DNA of 64,000 nucleotides, from NCBI RefSeq assembly GCF_009914755.1, contig NC_060931.1; one strand, written 5' to 3'. A program made the position numbers and the translations under genes. The stretch is from the human T2T-CHM13v2.0 reference genome, Homo sapiens. The notes beneath the pieces were generated by a model. The model ran no database searches. It saw only the letters and a program-made list of their open reading frames with translations, and was not told the DNA's origin. Below are positions 37,948-50,663 of the stretch, in pieces (position 1 is the stretch's first letter; each line of letters begins with the position of its first letter).

Positions 37948-39116
37948 GACATAATAATGTATTTTTTTTTTAAACAAATACCTCCTCTTAACGGGACTGA
38001 ATCTTGGGTCTCTACCCACTACTTGACTTAAATCAAAGATGTCTGATATATAATCCAATAATATGATTTTCAAAAGGACATTAGGGAAGACAGTCCACAG
38101 AGTAATCCTGTTAATATTTCTGCTATTGAGACATCTTTTTCCTATATTTAGAATACCCAGAAAGAATGGAATCTAAATATTTAAATGTCTCACAGAAAAA
38201 AAAAAATCTGACAACTGGAAAATGTCTTAAAAGCCTATAAAGTCTGGTGCTAGATAATCAGAATCAGCTAATAGGATTCATTTTTATTAAAGCATTTCAA
38301 ATGATCAAGTCACTGACGCGTTTTAACACTATAATGACATAATACCCTTTCCCCAACTCTTTGAAGAGGCAAAATGTTCACAGATTGAGCAAGTTCAACT
38401 GTACACAATGTTTTCATAAGCACAGAAATATTACTCCATAAGAAATACTTCTGGTATGAATGATGAGATTTTGAGAAAGCATCATTTAGGTATAAAATGA
38501 TCTAGTTGCCTGTGGTTATAAATTACTTCAGGCCCAGTCATCTTTCCCTTCCTCCCCCGGGTTCTCTTTCTCCTTGATGACAAAGGGAGTTCTGAGCATG
38601 GAAGAAATGAACCAAATGATGAGGTGAACAAGAACCTGACCCCGCCTAAATTATTTTCTCTCCCTGCAACCCTCCCCACCCTTTTGTCGTGTGTAATAAC
38701 GAGGGTGTGGCAGGAGGTAATCAACAGAGGGGCACAGACGCTTGAAGAGAAGACAGAACAACATTTCCTGCCAGGAAGTAATCCCAACTTTCAGCTTTAA
38801 TTCCAGCCTCAACACTCATCCTCATAAGAATGAAAAAAGAAGTAAACAGTGATGCTTTACTCTCTATGCGAGAACTAACTTGTCCAAGCACCCAATGCAG
38901 TGGCCCTGTAGATAAAGGATGCTGGGGCAATGTAATCATTTTTATCAAAAGGAGGTATCTGACTTCTGTGCCCCATAGAGGGCTATAGAATACAGTAACC
39001 TCATGCGGAACTGGGTGGCTTGAAGAGACTCATTTGCATGGGAAATGCCAGAAGAACTATTGTCTAGTGTCTATGCTTTGCTGGTCTAGCATGCCCATAT
39101 TATAAATTCAGAAAAG

Positions 39117-39376
39117 GCTCTGTAGCCCAGGCTGGAGAGCAGTGGAGCAATCATAGCTCTCAGCAGCCTTAACCTCCTGGGCAATCCTCCCATCTCAGCC
39201 TCCTGAGTAGCTGAATTAGAGGTGTACCACCACACCTGGCCAATTTTTCATATTTTTTTTTATAGAGACAGGATCTCACTATGTTGCCCAGGCTGGTCTG
39301 GAACTCCTGTGATCAAGTGATCCTTCTGCCCCGGACTCCCAAAGTGTTGGAATTATAGGCTTGAGCCTCAGGGCCC
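39117..39376 (-). mobile_element. AluJo-like, tail missing
   Basis: 'gcccaggctggagagcagtggagcaatcatagctc...gagacaggatctcactatgttgcccaggctggtc...cccaaagtgttggaattatagg'. Confidence 0.9.
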
Positions 39377-39429
39377 ATTGAAACTTTTTTTAGTTCATGG
39401 AGGAATGACTCAGCACACTCCCATGGGCA

Positions 39430-39665
39430 GGCAGTATGGCAGAAGTTCAGAACATTCATTCTAAAATAAGACACAACCTGGTTTCAAATCCTGCCACTAC
39501 CTCATACAAGCTGTAGGATATTGAGCAAACGACTTAACTCCTCAAAAATCAGTTTACTCATTCGTAAAATGCGTCTACTGAGAACACCTTCCTTATAAGG
39601 TGTAGTAAGGGTTAAAATTGAGAGTTTATGTAAAGTCTTAACTCAGTGCCTGGCACACGGGAAGG
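39430..39665 (+). mobile_element. MIR (near full length)
   Basis: 'cctggtttcaaatcctgccactac...ttgagcaaacgacttaac...cagtgcctggcacacg'. Confidence 0.75.
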
Positions 39666-39733
39666 ACACAAGACAAGTTGGCTCAGTGTCATGACCACCA
39701 GTGATTTCTTATATAATTCATACGTTGTCCACC

Positions 39734-40009
39734 TTTTTTGTTTTGAGACAGAGTCTTGCTCTGTTGCCCAGGCTGGAGTGCAGTGGCACGATCTCTGCTC
39801 ACTTCAAACTCTGCCTCCTGGGTTCACGCCTCCCGAGTAGCTGGGACTACAGGTGCCTGCCACCACACCTGGCTAATTTTTTTGTATTTTTAGTAGAGAC
39901 GGGGTTTCATCGTGTTAGCCAGGATGGTCTTGATCTCCTCATCTCATGACCCACCCGCCTCAGCCTCCCAAAGTGCTGGGATTACAGGCGTGAGCCACCA
40001 TGCCCAGCC
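39734..40009 (-). mobile_element. AluY-like with a 17-bp internal deletion
   Basis: Y diagnostics 'ggttcacgcc', 'ggactacaggtgcc', 'gtgttagccaggatggtc'; TSD tgtccacctttttt starting at 39726 and 40010. Confidence 0.93.
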
Positions 40010-40428
40010 TGTCCACCTTTTTTTTTTTTTATTTTTTATTTTTTTGCATGCCCATAAACCCAGTGAGACAGGGTCCTGGTCTTTTTTAATGTTTTATAAA
40101 TTGTCCTATGTATCTCTGGTGATTTATAAATAACAAAAACAATACCAGTGCATGTCTAATCACTTGCAAGTGGACATCTTAAAGTTTTCATGGCATTGGA
40201 ATCATTACAAGCTAATTGGGATCTCGATGATATCTAAATGCTCTCTAGCAGATCCTTCCAGCTGCTGCGCATGCTCTTTTGATTTTTCCCCTTTTCATCT
40301 TTTCCACATTATTCTACCTCTAGGAGCAGGAGTCAGCAGCTGGAATTACCACAGGACCTGACTGTTGGTTGTAGGACCCAGATGGCAGAAGCCTGAAAAT
40401 GTTTCTGGCAAATACCTCCACAAGCCGG

Positions 40429-40452
40429 AGTGTGTGTGTGTGTGTGTGTGTG
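40429..40452. repeat. (GT)n microsatellite
   Basis: Seen directly. Confidence 0.9.
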
Positions 40453-41516
40453 CTAGCATGCATGCTCCTCCTTTTTATTGGCACTTTAGTTAAATGCCCA
40501 GCAGCCGCTTCCTGGCTGGATTCCATTCAAACTACAGTTGGCGCCTGTAAAAATGGCTTTGGCTCCAGTATCTTATATGTGACTGTCTATCATGAAGAAT
40601 TTTCCCACTGCTGATGATTTCTATTTTTATGAATACTTGAAAATACATGTCTCACATAAGAGTTTTGACCTCCTTTTATCTTTCCAGTGGAAATTCTTTC
40701 ATAAAGAAGTGTCATCTCTTTTATACAATTACGCTTTGTGAGGGGCTATTTATAGCTCTGTGAAAATTAGAGAACGTAGTACTCCTTTTGACTTTGAGAA
40801 AAATTGTTAAGCATCAAATTGCATGTCAAGGGAAAAATGATCTCATGAAAAAATCAACAGGCCTCACTATTTTCCACAGTCCCTCATAGCTCCCACTCCC
40901 CAAATACATGGAGGATGAGTAGTCATTACCCTTCAATAAAATAAAACTACCATAAAAAATAAAACTATGCTTTATCTTGCTTGATGCAATAGCTATGCTG
41001 CTGGAACGGGGACATTTTAAAAGCACTACAAAGATGAGAGAGTTGTTTTCCAAACAGAAACCACTGGAGAATGCTTTCTGAAAGAAATGATTCTGGAGCT
41101 GACTATCCAGAACCTGATATGCATCCTTATTAACTAGGATTTTCTCATACTGCCATTCCTTAAAGTTGGGATCACCTGTTAAAAGGCTAGATGTATTACA
41201 TGACTTCAAAGCTCTCAGGTCATGCATGAGCACTCTTTCTAGACATTTACTCTCTCTCTCTCTCTCTTTCTCTCAGCCATGATTTCTGTGATTTTCAGAA
41301 ACAGTAAGATTTTCATCCTACTGGGAAATTGAAAATATACTAAACCAAATAAATAACTAAATGTCTCCATTTAAATGTCAAGAGCATACTCCACAATATA
41401 CCAGATGTGAAAAGAAAGAAAGACTAGTTCAAGGTGTTGGAACCCTGAACAACTAAGAAATGTTTCTTTTAAAATGTAGTCAAAGCAATAAGTAAGGATT
41501 ATAGGACTTACTCATA

Positions 41517-41855
41517 CAGTCAGTCCTCTGTATCCATGAACTCTGCACCCATGGATTCAACCAATCAAGGATCAAAAATATTCAGAGAAAACCATTGCAT
41601 CTATACTGAACATGTTTAGGCATTTTTTCCTTATCATTATTTCCTAAACAATACAGTATAATGATTGTTTACATAGTATTTACATTGTATTAGGTATTAT
41701 AAGTAACCTAGAGATTATTTAAAGTATATGGGAGGATGTTCATAGGTTATATAAAAATGCTATCCCATTTTATATCAGAGACTTCAGCATCTGTGAATTT
41801 TAATATCCAAGAGAGGTCCTGGAACCAGTCCTCCTCAGATTCCAAGGTACGACTG
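41517..41855 (+). mobile_element. MER2 TcMar-Tigger DNA transposon (full length)
   Basis: TIRs 'cagtcagtcctctgtatcc' / 'gattccaaggtacgactg'; TA TSD at 41515-41516 and 41856-41857; 'tttacattgtattaggtattataagtaacctagag'. Confidence 0.92.
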
Positions 41856-42114
41856 TATATTTCTTCATTAATTAGTGTTTAGAAAATTTACTTCTGGGAA
41901 AACAAAAGATATCAATACTTTTTCTAGTGTGAATTTTCAGAAGTTTTGCACAAGAAGTTAAATAAGTCTCCCCAGGAGACCTGGAGGACCCAGTGTCCAA
42001 AGAAGGTGGAGATCAGGTGCTGGAATGATTCATTCTGTGAAACATCATCCTGTGAATTTGTTTAGCACTAATCCTCGATTCTGGAAGCTCAATCTGTCTG
42101 ATAAATCCCAATTC

Positions 42115-42562
42115 AAATACATGAATGCTTATAGTGACTTTATTTGTAATCTCCAAATACTGCAAACATTTCAAATATCTTTTGGTGTATAAATGGTTAA
42201 ACCGTGGTTCATCCATACAAGGGATAATACTCATCAGTTGAAAGGAATGAAGTACTGATACCCAAAACAACAAGGATGTATCGCAAATGCATGTCAAAGC
42301 AAAACACTAAATTCTATACGATTTCATTTAGATGGCATTCTGGAAAAAGCAAAACTCTAAAGAAAAGAGACCAGTTGTTGTCAGGGGTTTGGGGCCCAGG
42401 GGTCTGGCTACAAGTGGCATGGAAGAACTTTTTGGGCTGATAGACCTGTTCTTGATGGTAGTGTGGGTTACATAATTGTATGCATTTGTATAATCTTGCA
42501 GAACTATACACTTTTTTTAAAAAGTGAATTTTGCTTATGTAAATTATACCTGAATAAAAAAT
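42115..42562 (+). mobile_element. Old L1 (L1MC/MD/ME-like) 3' end
   Basis: 'aaaggaatgaagtactgatac...cattctggaaaaagcaaaact...gtgaattttgcttatgtaaattatacctgaataaaaa'. Confidence 0.8.
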
Positions 42563-42608
42563 ATATTAAGAACCTATTCCATTAAAAAAACAAAAATGAT
42601 AAATAAGT

Positions 42609-42665
42609 TAATGCTAAGTTTGACAGATGTATTTAGGCTAATGATAAGTTTGACAAATTTATTTA
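42609..42665. repeat. Imperfect 30-bp tandem duplication
   Basis: taatgctaagtttgacagatgtattta / taatgataagtttgacaaatttattta. Confidence 0.75.
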
Positions 42666-42697
42666 TAAATATCCTTTATAAATACTTTCAGTATATT

Positions 42698-42790
42698 AAA
42701 AAAAGAAGAAGAAGAAAAAGAAGAAGAAGAAGAAGGAGGAGGAGGAGGAGGAGGAGAAGGAGAAGGAGAAGGAGAAGAAGAAGAAGAAAA
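42698..42790. repeat. 93-nt pure purine tract A7(GAA)4AAA(GAA)5(GGA)7(GAAGGA)3(GAA)5AA
   Basis: Parsed directly. Confidence 0.97.
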
Positions 42791-45700
42791 CAGGTAGTTT
42801 AAAAAAAATAATACTGAGTGCCTGGCTCTTTTTGTGGCAGAGTTTCTCATTCTGATGTTACTGGTGGTAACAACTCCAGGCCCGCCACACATCATTGGAG
42901 ATTTAACCCCCAAGACATTTCTTATATTCTAAGTAGTCACAGTGGCAGAGTTCTTCAGAAGCCCAAGAATATCTAGGCACAGTCTCAAAGATGAGGAAGG
43001 GTTCCAGACCACTGCTAGGATGCCCAATATTTTACGTTCAAGAGGGTAAATCTGATCACTCAGGTTCGGGAACCACTGGTTCAAATCAATTACTTTAATA
43101 CCAATCCTAAAATACGAGATGCCCAGGAATATGCAAAAAAAAAAAAAAAATCTTTTTCTAGGTAAGATCCACTTAAAATAAACCTTAAGGGAAACTCTGT
43201 ATAAGAAAGACACAAGATAACATACTGCCTTTGGATTATGTTGAAAATAGGAGACCGTGTCACCCAATCATTGATGGTGTCTATTCAGGCCATGGTGGGA
43301 TATAGGCATATATATGTATGCGGGTATGATGTGTGTGCATGAAGAGCAAAGCCATCTCTTCATTCCTGAGAGCTGCCTCCTTCAGCCACAGCCCTATCTT
43401 TTTATACACAGCTATGGATAACCCACCCTCATAATGTGATGGGCTAAATCAATTTTCCTGACTTTCCTAAGTGTTTTGGGAACCACACTGTGATCTGAAC
43501 TCCCAATGTAGGCCCTTACCTCTGGAAGACCATGTGCACATATCTTGTCACCTTGTTTGGCATATCTGGGCATCCTCCTGCCAAGTACACATACACACAT
43601 TCAAGTATGAGAGAGCAGTTGGTTACAAAATTTCTGCAAATCGATGAAGTCAGGACTCCTCCTCATTGTGTATATAACTCAGCTTCAGAAATCCAGTCTG
43701 AAGAGGTCACTGGGATTCCCCTTTCATGAAATCTATATTTCTAATATACCTGGCTATACAGGCCCCAACTTTTTTTATAAAACCTCCCAAGTCAATATAA
43801 GAACAACAACAAAAAATATGTATCCTTTGGAAGATCTTGAAAGTGCTTCAATAAGCAGATGAGAATAATTTGTAATTAGCTTGGTAATTTGGGGGCATGC
43901 ATGTAAAGTGGATGCCACTAAAGTGATTTTTAATGTACTTGAAAAACAGTTTGCCTTTTCCCTGGAGGAGGCTGAATAGTTTTCTCTTTAGTCCTGTTGA
44001 CACTATTAATTTGCTTTGCAACCTCTTCTGCCCCCTCCCCTTTCTCTTCCATCTCTATTGCAAACAGAAGCGAGGAAAGCAAGGCTTGGAGAGCTCTTGT
44101 AGAGAGACCCATTTGCTCTGGCTCAAGCAATAGCAAGGCCAATCAGCCTGAAATCTGAATTTTTCAGACACATAATAGACCCTTGGCTTATCAAAGCCTC
44201 TTATCTGATTGGAAAAAATCAAACGTAAACTTCAGGGCTCATGGAATTAAAAGACAAATGAGATGTCATAATTATCAAAGTGGCTAATTTAGAAAATTAA
44301 GCTGTTCACATAGGTGACATAATTGCTTGTCACAATCACTCTTTTTCTCATTAGCTTCTTCCACTCAGCACCTACATGCTGTGGAACAATCTCCGGCCTT
44401 GCTTAACAGTATGGGTGTTCTTTTGTGGTTTAGCATCAGGTAATTCTCTCAACTCCTATAAGAAATGCATAGATTTATTCTGGGGTTTATTCAGAGAACA
44501 GTTCCAGAAAATCCTGTTCCTTCACAGTTTGATATTTATTTTAAATTTGAGACCAAACTTTCTTTCAAAATAATTAGTTAATTCTCAAGAGGGTTTATAG
44601 AGTTGATATAGCATACTAATGTTTCTTGGAAAACATTAAGTGGTTCGGTATATGTAATATTTAAAAACCTCAGAGGCTATATAGAATTTGTTTTTAATTA
44701 TCTTCCCAAATTCTGCATAGAAGGAAAAGAAATATATTTTCAAGATAGTTTGTTTTATTTGCCTAATGTTTTATTATTTGATTTCTATAATCCAGACAAA
44801 TATAAATAAATTCACTCTAAGAGAGTTATTTGTAAGAGTGAACACGATACTGTTTATATGTTAGCAAGTTCAGAAATTATTAAGGATAAGGTCTAAGAAA
44901 GGAAACCAAAAGGAAGGTCTAAACCATACCATTGTAAATGAGCAAGATTAAATAGTTTGGATGAAAATCACGAATATGAGATTGACTAAAGCCTACTATC
45001 TTGAAGAGCTGTAGAATGTGGCTGACCTGACCTATAGAGGGACTCTCTTGATGTTACTCATTTGAAAAGATAGTTCATCCTGAATGCATACAATGAAGCT
45101 GTCATCTGTGTTCTGAAATATTATGTAACGATAGTGTTTTGATTTCATTTACGTTGATTTAGCAAAGTAATTGCATTACAACAGCTATTATGGTCACATA
45201 CTAAAAGACAAAAGCTCAGAAAGAAAAAAAAAAGAAAATCCAATCAAATCCCTAAATATATGGGGTTACTATAAACACTGCCTCTATTCATTACTGAATC
45301 TGAAGTGGTAAAGTTAAGGACCTATAGAAATAGAATTATATAGACAGTTTATCCCCCACAGCAATAGATACAAGCTCAATTACATCAATGTTATGCTTAA
45401 TTCCCTTGATACTCACAGTTGCAATCTTTGATTAAAAAAAAAAAAGCACACTGAATGCTCTAACCAGACAAGAGTGAAGACTACGAAAGAAAAGAGTGTG
45501 GACCAGTTGTCTAAGCTTTCTTTGTCCGTTACACCTGCAGTCTCTGATAATACAGCAGAGCCCTTGAGTTGAGTGTATAATGGTTTTTTAATAAGAAAGA
45601 CAGTGTGCTGGGTTATAGCAGAGGAGATATTAGAGTAGAATTTTTAGAAACAAAGGAAGGGACCAAAAAGCCTGAGAGAAGCTAGTCTTTTGCAGGTAAG

Positions 45701-48530
45701 TTGGTAGAGGGCTTCAGTGAAGCATGATCAATGTGTGGCAACATCTTCGAGATATCTCGATGGAGAACGGAGAACTAAGGGAACACCTGCCAATTATAGA
45801 TGGAAACTACGCTTGGCTATTTTCAACAATTTGGCCATTCATTTGACTCATCATTTGAACTATCCATGGAATTCAGTGGTGTTTTAGTGCAATGGTTTCA
45901 AGTTGTGCTCTGTTGAGTCTTAGGCATTTGAATCAGGAAGGCAAAATAGACAATGCCCTGTCTTTCAACTCCTCCTGCTTCAACCAGCACAACTGTGCTC
46001 TCATCTTTTTATACAGTTGGATTCCATTTAAGGGTGCATTTGAAGATAAAGCTTCACAGCTAAAAAACTGCTTCTTCAGTGAGTAGGCTAGTGTGTGGCT
46101 AGAAGATCATATGCTTGCACTAATAACATAACAATGATATTGGATAGGAAGTAACATATTATCTATGTTTTCACCCAAGGCAAATCTGTTGTCAACTCAG
46201 AAAGTTACTCCCAACATTCATTTGACAAATATTTATTGAGTTCTCCACTGCTCATTACCCTCCCCTCGGGTCAGCCATAGGTCACTCTAAGACAAGACAT
46301 CATCTGGTCACTAGAACTGCTCATTTAAACAATCTGCTGTAGCTGTGGTTAGGCTGTCTTTCCAATCACCCAACCAGAAACCAACTTGTGACCTTATTTG
46401 GGCTGAATTGTTAGCAAGTCCCTGCCTTATTAGTACCTGTGATGAACTGAATGATATCTTAACAGAAATGGAAGAAACCTAGAGAATATCTGTTTTCTGC
46501 TGATAATTTCAGGTGGCAGCAATGAAGAAAAGAATACAGGATGTCTCAATATTTTCACATTTACAAAATGGATCTTGTACATGATACTAGTAAGAGTAGG
46601 AAATGTGTGCTGATTCTGTGTCTCTTATGCATCATTACTTAAACAAGTGACTTTCTCAAGTTAAACAAAGAAGTGACAAAAGGGATCTAAACATAAGTCT
46701 GTCTGAAACCAAAGCCTACCCACAACACCAGTAACACTTCAAGTGTGGTCTACAGACCCTTTGCCATTCTACAAGGAGATGAGTCCAGGAATTAGGAGGC
46801 AGTGTTGTAGATAATTTTGGATGCCTTGACAAAGTAATTTTATACCTGTTAAATGTAATAGTAAAAACTCCAGGCTTATAAATTGAATGTCTTTGCTTTT
46901 CATTTCATATTTTAGCAATATGTTTGTAGTATATTTCATTAAAGTATTGATCCATGACAAATTGGGGGAAAAATGCTGAGGCAAAAGCTGGTCTACTCCA
47001 CAGATCATTTGAGGAGCATCACACTGCACCAAATGGTTCCTAAATTTTGAGCTCTCAAGATAAAATGGATGCAGTACAGAAAGGGTAGCACCACTCTTAG
47101 CCGGCAGCTTCTTATCTTTCAATATAAAGGATAATATGAATTCCCAATGACACGACTCAGTTCTGCCATTAAATTATTTCATGTCCAAGCATAAGAACTT
47201 TCCCACAGCCTTTTGCCCACTGGCTGACTGAAACAGCATAGAGTGTTTCTGTTCTTGTCTCCAAGCTGTAAGCTCTTCTTCAGCTTCATCACCTTTACCT
47301 GGATGCAGGTTTAATCAGTTTCCTTCTTGGACTGAGCTGAATTAAAGGGACACTTTCTAACAGCCAGTTCAGGGGCACCCACTGAAGAAAGATCAAATTT
47401 ATTTATGATGCCCTTTGGCTAAGTGCTTGCTTTCCTTGACAAAACATCACTTGAGTCTTTAAAGGTTTATCTTTAGGTGTTCTATGGCTGGCCTGAAGCC
47501 ATGTTCTCTTAAACGGTGATCAAAGGCACAGACAATACAAAATCAATCAATAGAAAGTGTGTTCTATTTAAACATATTGCCTGTTTAGCTTTTTCATTTT
47601 TAAAGGGCCAGGGCCGTGTATTGGAGACAGTTACACACAATTCTACTGTACTGTAATTATGTGTATCTTAAGTTGTCCTTATTTTCCCTCTTTACATTCA
47701 GAAAGAACTGTCACAATTCAAATATATTTGCTTATTTATTTAAATAACATGCACTAGGAGTTTAAGTAGCATATATATAGTAAGACATATTATTAAGAAG
47801 GTAGCTACATCATAATTGTAGCCAAAAATTAGAAACCATAATTTATAAGGCTTTTGTTTAGTACGGGTGCTCACCTTAAAGGCAGGTCTCTTGGTAACTA
47901 GAAATATTCCTGTTTTATTATGAAACTCTTATAATAAATTGAGACAAAACTGTTAAATTGTGTTTTGAATCTCATTTTAAGGGGGTGCCACTGTAAAGTT
48001 TAAAACAATCACAACAAGTCACTGTTTTCAAAGCTGTACTGCTAAAATACATTTAGTTGCTATCAGAAGTCAGACTGTTGTGACCAGAAATAAACTTACA
48101 TTTTAAAACGATCAATTACTTCTGCAGAATTAAATCTATCCTAAGTAGCATTTTCTTAGCTGTTGCTTGTTCTGGGTGTACATTTTGTTCTGCCAAGTCG
48201 GCAGCCCCTGCGTTATTTTCAAAATAAAGTGCTCAAGCCCCTGACAGAGACTGTCTTGTTATCTCTTTACTGTAAATACGGGTCTTTTGCCAACAGTGAA
48301 TACACAAACCAAGGAGAGTTGTTTGTGATATAATTTTAACCTACTGATCAATATTGGGCCTTCCTTATCAGAAGCTTTTGAAAAAATCAGGGATGTTCTC
48401 TTATATTCTTTGAGGCAAATTGCACATCACTAGATCAAAGGGCCAAAGTACAGACTACTGGTTATCAGATAAAAAGATAATTTACTATTAGATCCATTTT
48501 TGAGATTTTAAAATTGGAGAAAATATTTCT

Positions 48531-48634
48531 TTTTAATTATTATTTTGCTTTAAGTTATGGATACATATGCAGAACACGAAGGTTTGTAACATAGTTATAT
48601 GTGTGCCATGGTGGTTTGCTGCACCTATTGACCC
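48531..48634 (-). mobile_element. Very short L1PA (L1PA7-10-like) 3' end
   Basis: 'tttaagttatggatacatatgcagaac...gtgtgccatggtggtttgctgcacctat'; decayed 16-bp TSD. Confidence 0.85.
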
Positions 48635-48989
48635 TAGAGGAGACATTTCTGAAGTGCCAGTAAAAACAAGATTATAAAGAGAGAATTCACTCAAAAATAA
48701 ATAAAATCTTTAGCAATTATTTGGCAATCTATTTAAAACTTGCTTTCAAACTGAGATAATAAGATTGTATTTGATGAGTCTATGTGGAAATAATGCCATG
48801 GTCCAAAGCTATTTTATAAAGTGGAAGCTTAAGAATAAATTACCTGGAAATATCCAAGCTAGGGAAACTTACCTGTTTAAGCATCTGATATGGAACTGGT
48901 GTTGGTGAGAAATAAAACGTAGCAAACTCAACAAAATGTGACCAGGTTTTCAGTTGGATTTACTCATAGTCTTCATAGATAAAGAGGTA

Positions 48990-49299
48990 TTTTATTTATT
49001 TTTCTTTTCCTTTTAGAGACAGGGTCTTGCTCTGTCTCCCAGGCTAGAGTGCAGTGGCTCTATCACAGCTCACTGCAGGCTCCACCTCTCCGGCTCAAGC
49101 CACACTTCTGCCTCATCCTTCTGAGTAGCTAGGACTACAAGCACATATCACCATGCCCAGCTAACTTTCTGATATTTTTTGTAGAGATGGGATTTTGCTT
49201 TGTTGCCCAAGCTGGTCTCTAACTCCTGGTCTTAAGCGATCTTCCCACTTTGGCCCCCGAAAGTGCTGGGATTACAGATCTGAACTACCACGCCCAGCC
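48990..49299 (-). mobile_element. AluJ (Jo-like), full length
   Basis: 'gagacagggtcttgctctgtctcccaggctagagtgcagtggc...tcacagctcactgcag...aaagtgctgggattacag...cacgcccagcc'. Confidence 0.93.
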
Positions 49300-49567
49300 A
49301 AGAAAAGTCTTTAATTCAGAACTAGTGTTAGTTAAGTAAATGCAAGTTGGCAGGGCAGTTGATTAAGTTCACACTTATGTGATAATATATACCTAACACC
49401 TCTCTTAAGCCCTCTTAAGTTGTCCTTCTCTCCTAAAGACAAAAAGGACTGTGGTCAAAATCTCTAGTCTCTTTTGCATAGGTAGTTCTTTGAACTCTAT
49501 GCTCAAGTCATGGGGATAAATAATTCCTTCTAGGGTAATAATGCCTCTTGAAGTATAGCGGCAGTGC

Positions 49568-50663
49568 TAGATGCTCTAATATAAGAAGAGCTACCCCTGC
49601 TTGCTTTTGGTGTCCATTTGCGTGAAATGCCTTTTCCCATTCCTTTAACTTTATGTAAGTCCTTATGTGTCAGGTGAGTCTCTTACAGGCAGCAGATGGT
49701 TGGTGAATTCTTATCCATTCTGCAGTTCCGTCTTTTAAGTGGAGAATTTAGGTCATTTACATTCAATATTAGTATTGAAATGTGAGGTACCATGCATTCA
49801 TTGTGCTCTTTGTGGCCTGTGTACTTTGGTTCTTTTGTTTTTTGTTTTTGCTTTTTGACTCAAAATTTTGTTTTATAGGTCCTGTGTGATTTATGCTTTA
49901 AAGAAGTTCTGTTTTGATGTGTTTCCAGGATTTGTTTCAAGATTTAGAGCTCCTATTAGCAGTTCTTGTAGTGAGGGCTTGGTAATGACAAATTCTCTCA
50001 GCATTTGTTTGTCTGAAGAAGACTGTATCTTTCCTTCACATTGTTGGCTGATAATTGTTTTGTTTGACAAGGCTGAAGATAGAGCCCCAATCCCTTCTAG
50101 CTTGGAGGGTTTCTGCGAGAATCTGCTGTTAATCTGATAGGTTTTCCTTTATAGGTTACCTGGTGCTTCTGTCTCACAGCTCTTAAGATTCTTTCCTCCG
50201 TCTTAACTTTGGATAACCTGATGACAATGTGCCTAAGCGACAATCTATTTGCAATTAATTTCCCAGGTGTTCTTTGTGCTTCTTGTATTTGGATGTCTAA
50301 CTCTCTAGCAAGGCTGGGAAAGTTTTCCTCGATTATTCCCCCAAATATGTTTTCCAAGCTTTTAGAATTATCTTTTTCCTCAGGAACACCGATTATTCTT
50401 AGGTTTGGTCATTTAACATAATCCCAGACTTCTCAGAGGCTCTGTTCATATTTTCTAATTCTTTTTTCCTTGTCTTTGTTGGATTGGGTTAATTCAAAGA
50501 CCTTGTCTTTGAGCTCTGAATTTTTTTCGTCTACTTGTTCCATTCTGTTGCTTAGACTTTCCAGGGCATTTCACATTTCTAAAAGTGTGTCCAAAGTTTC
50601 CTGAATTTTTAACTGTTTTTTCTTTAAGCTCTCTATTTCCTTGAATATTTCTCCCTTCACTTC
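49568..50663 (-). mobile_element. Internal L1 (L1PB/L1MA-age) fragment: ORF1 3' half, spacer and ORF2 start
   Basis: ORF1p homology at 50097-50357; reverse complement of ~49582-49621 encodes an ANGHQKQAGVA-like endonuclease motif. Confidence 0.9.
50097..50357 (-). pseudogene. LINE-1 ORF1p fragment (frameshifted)
   Basis: IIEENFPSLARELDIQIQEAQRTP...RHIVIRLSKVK..ILRAVRQKHQVTYKGKPIRLTAD matches the L1 ORF1p RRM/CTD region. Confidence 0.9.

Noticed and set aside
39591-39600. Isolated CArG box CCTTATAAGG (others near 31717 and 50145)
   Set aside because: These lie inside MIR or L1 sequence, and several are expected by chance per window.
42596-42913. Poly-Arg and Ser/Pro-rich ORFs
   Set aside because: Simple translations of the GAA/GGA tract. 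The poly-Asn ORF (1922-2107) and poly-Lys ORF (13270-13482) likewise come from simple repeats.
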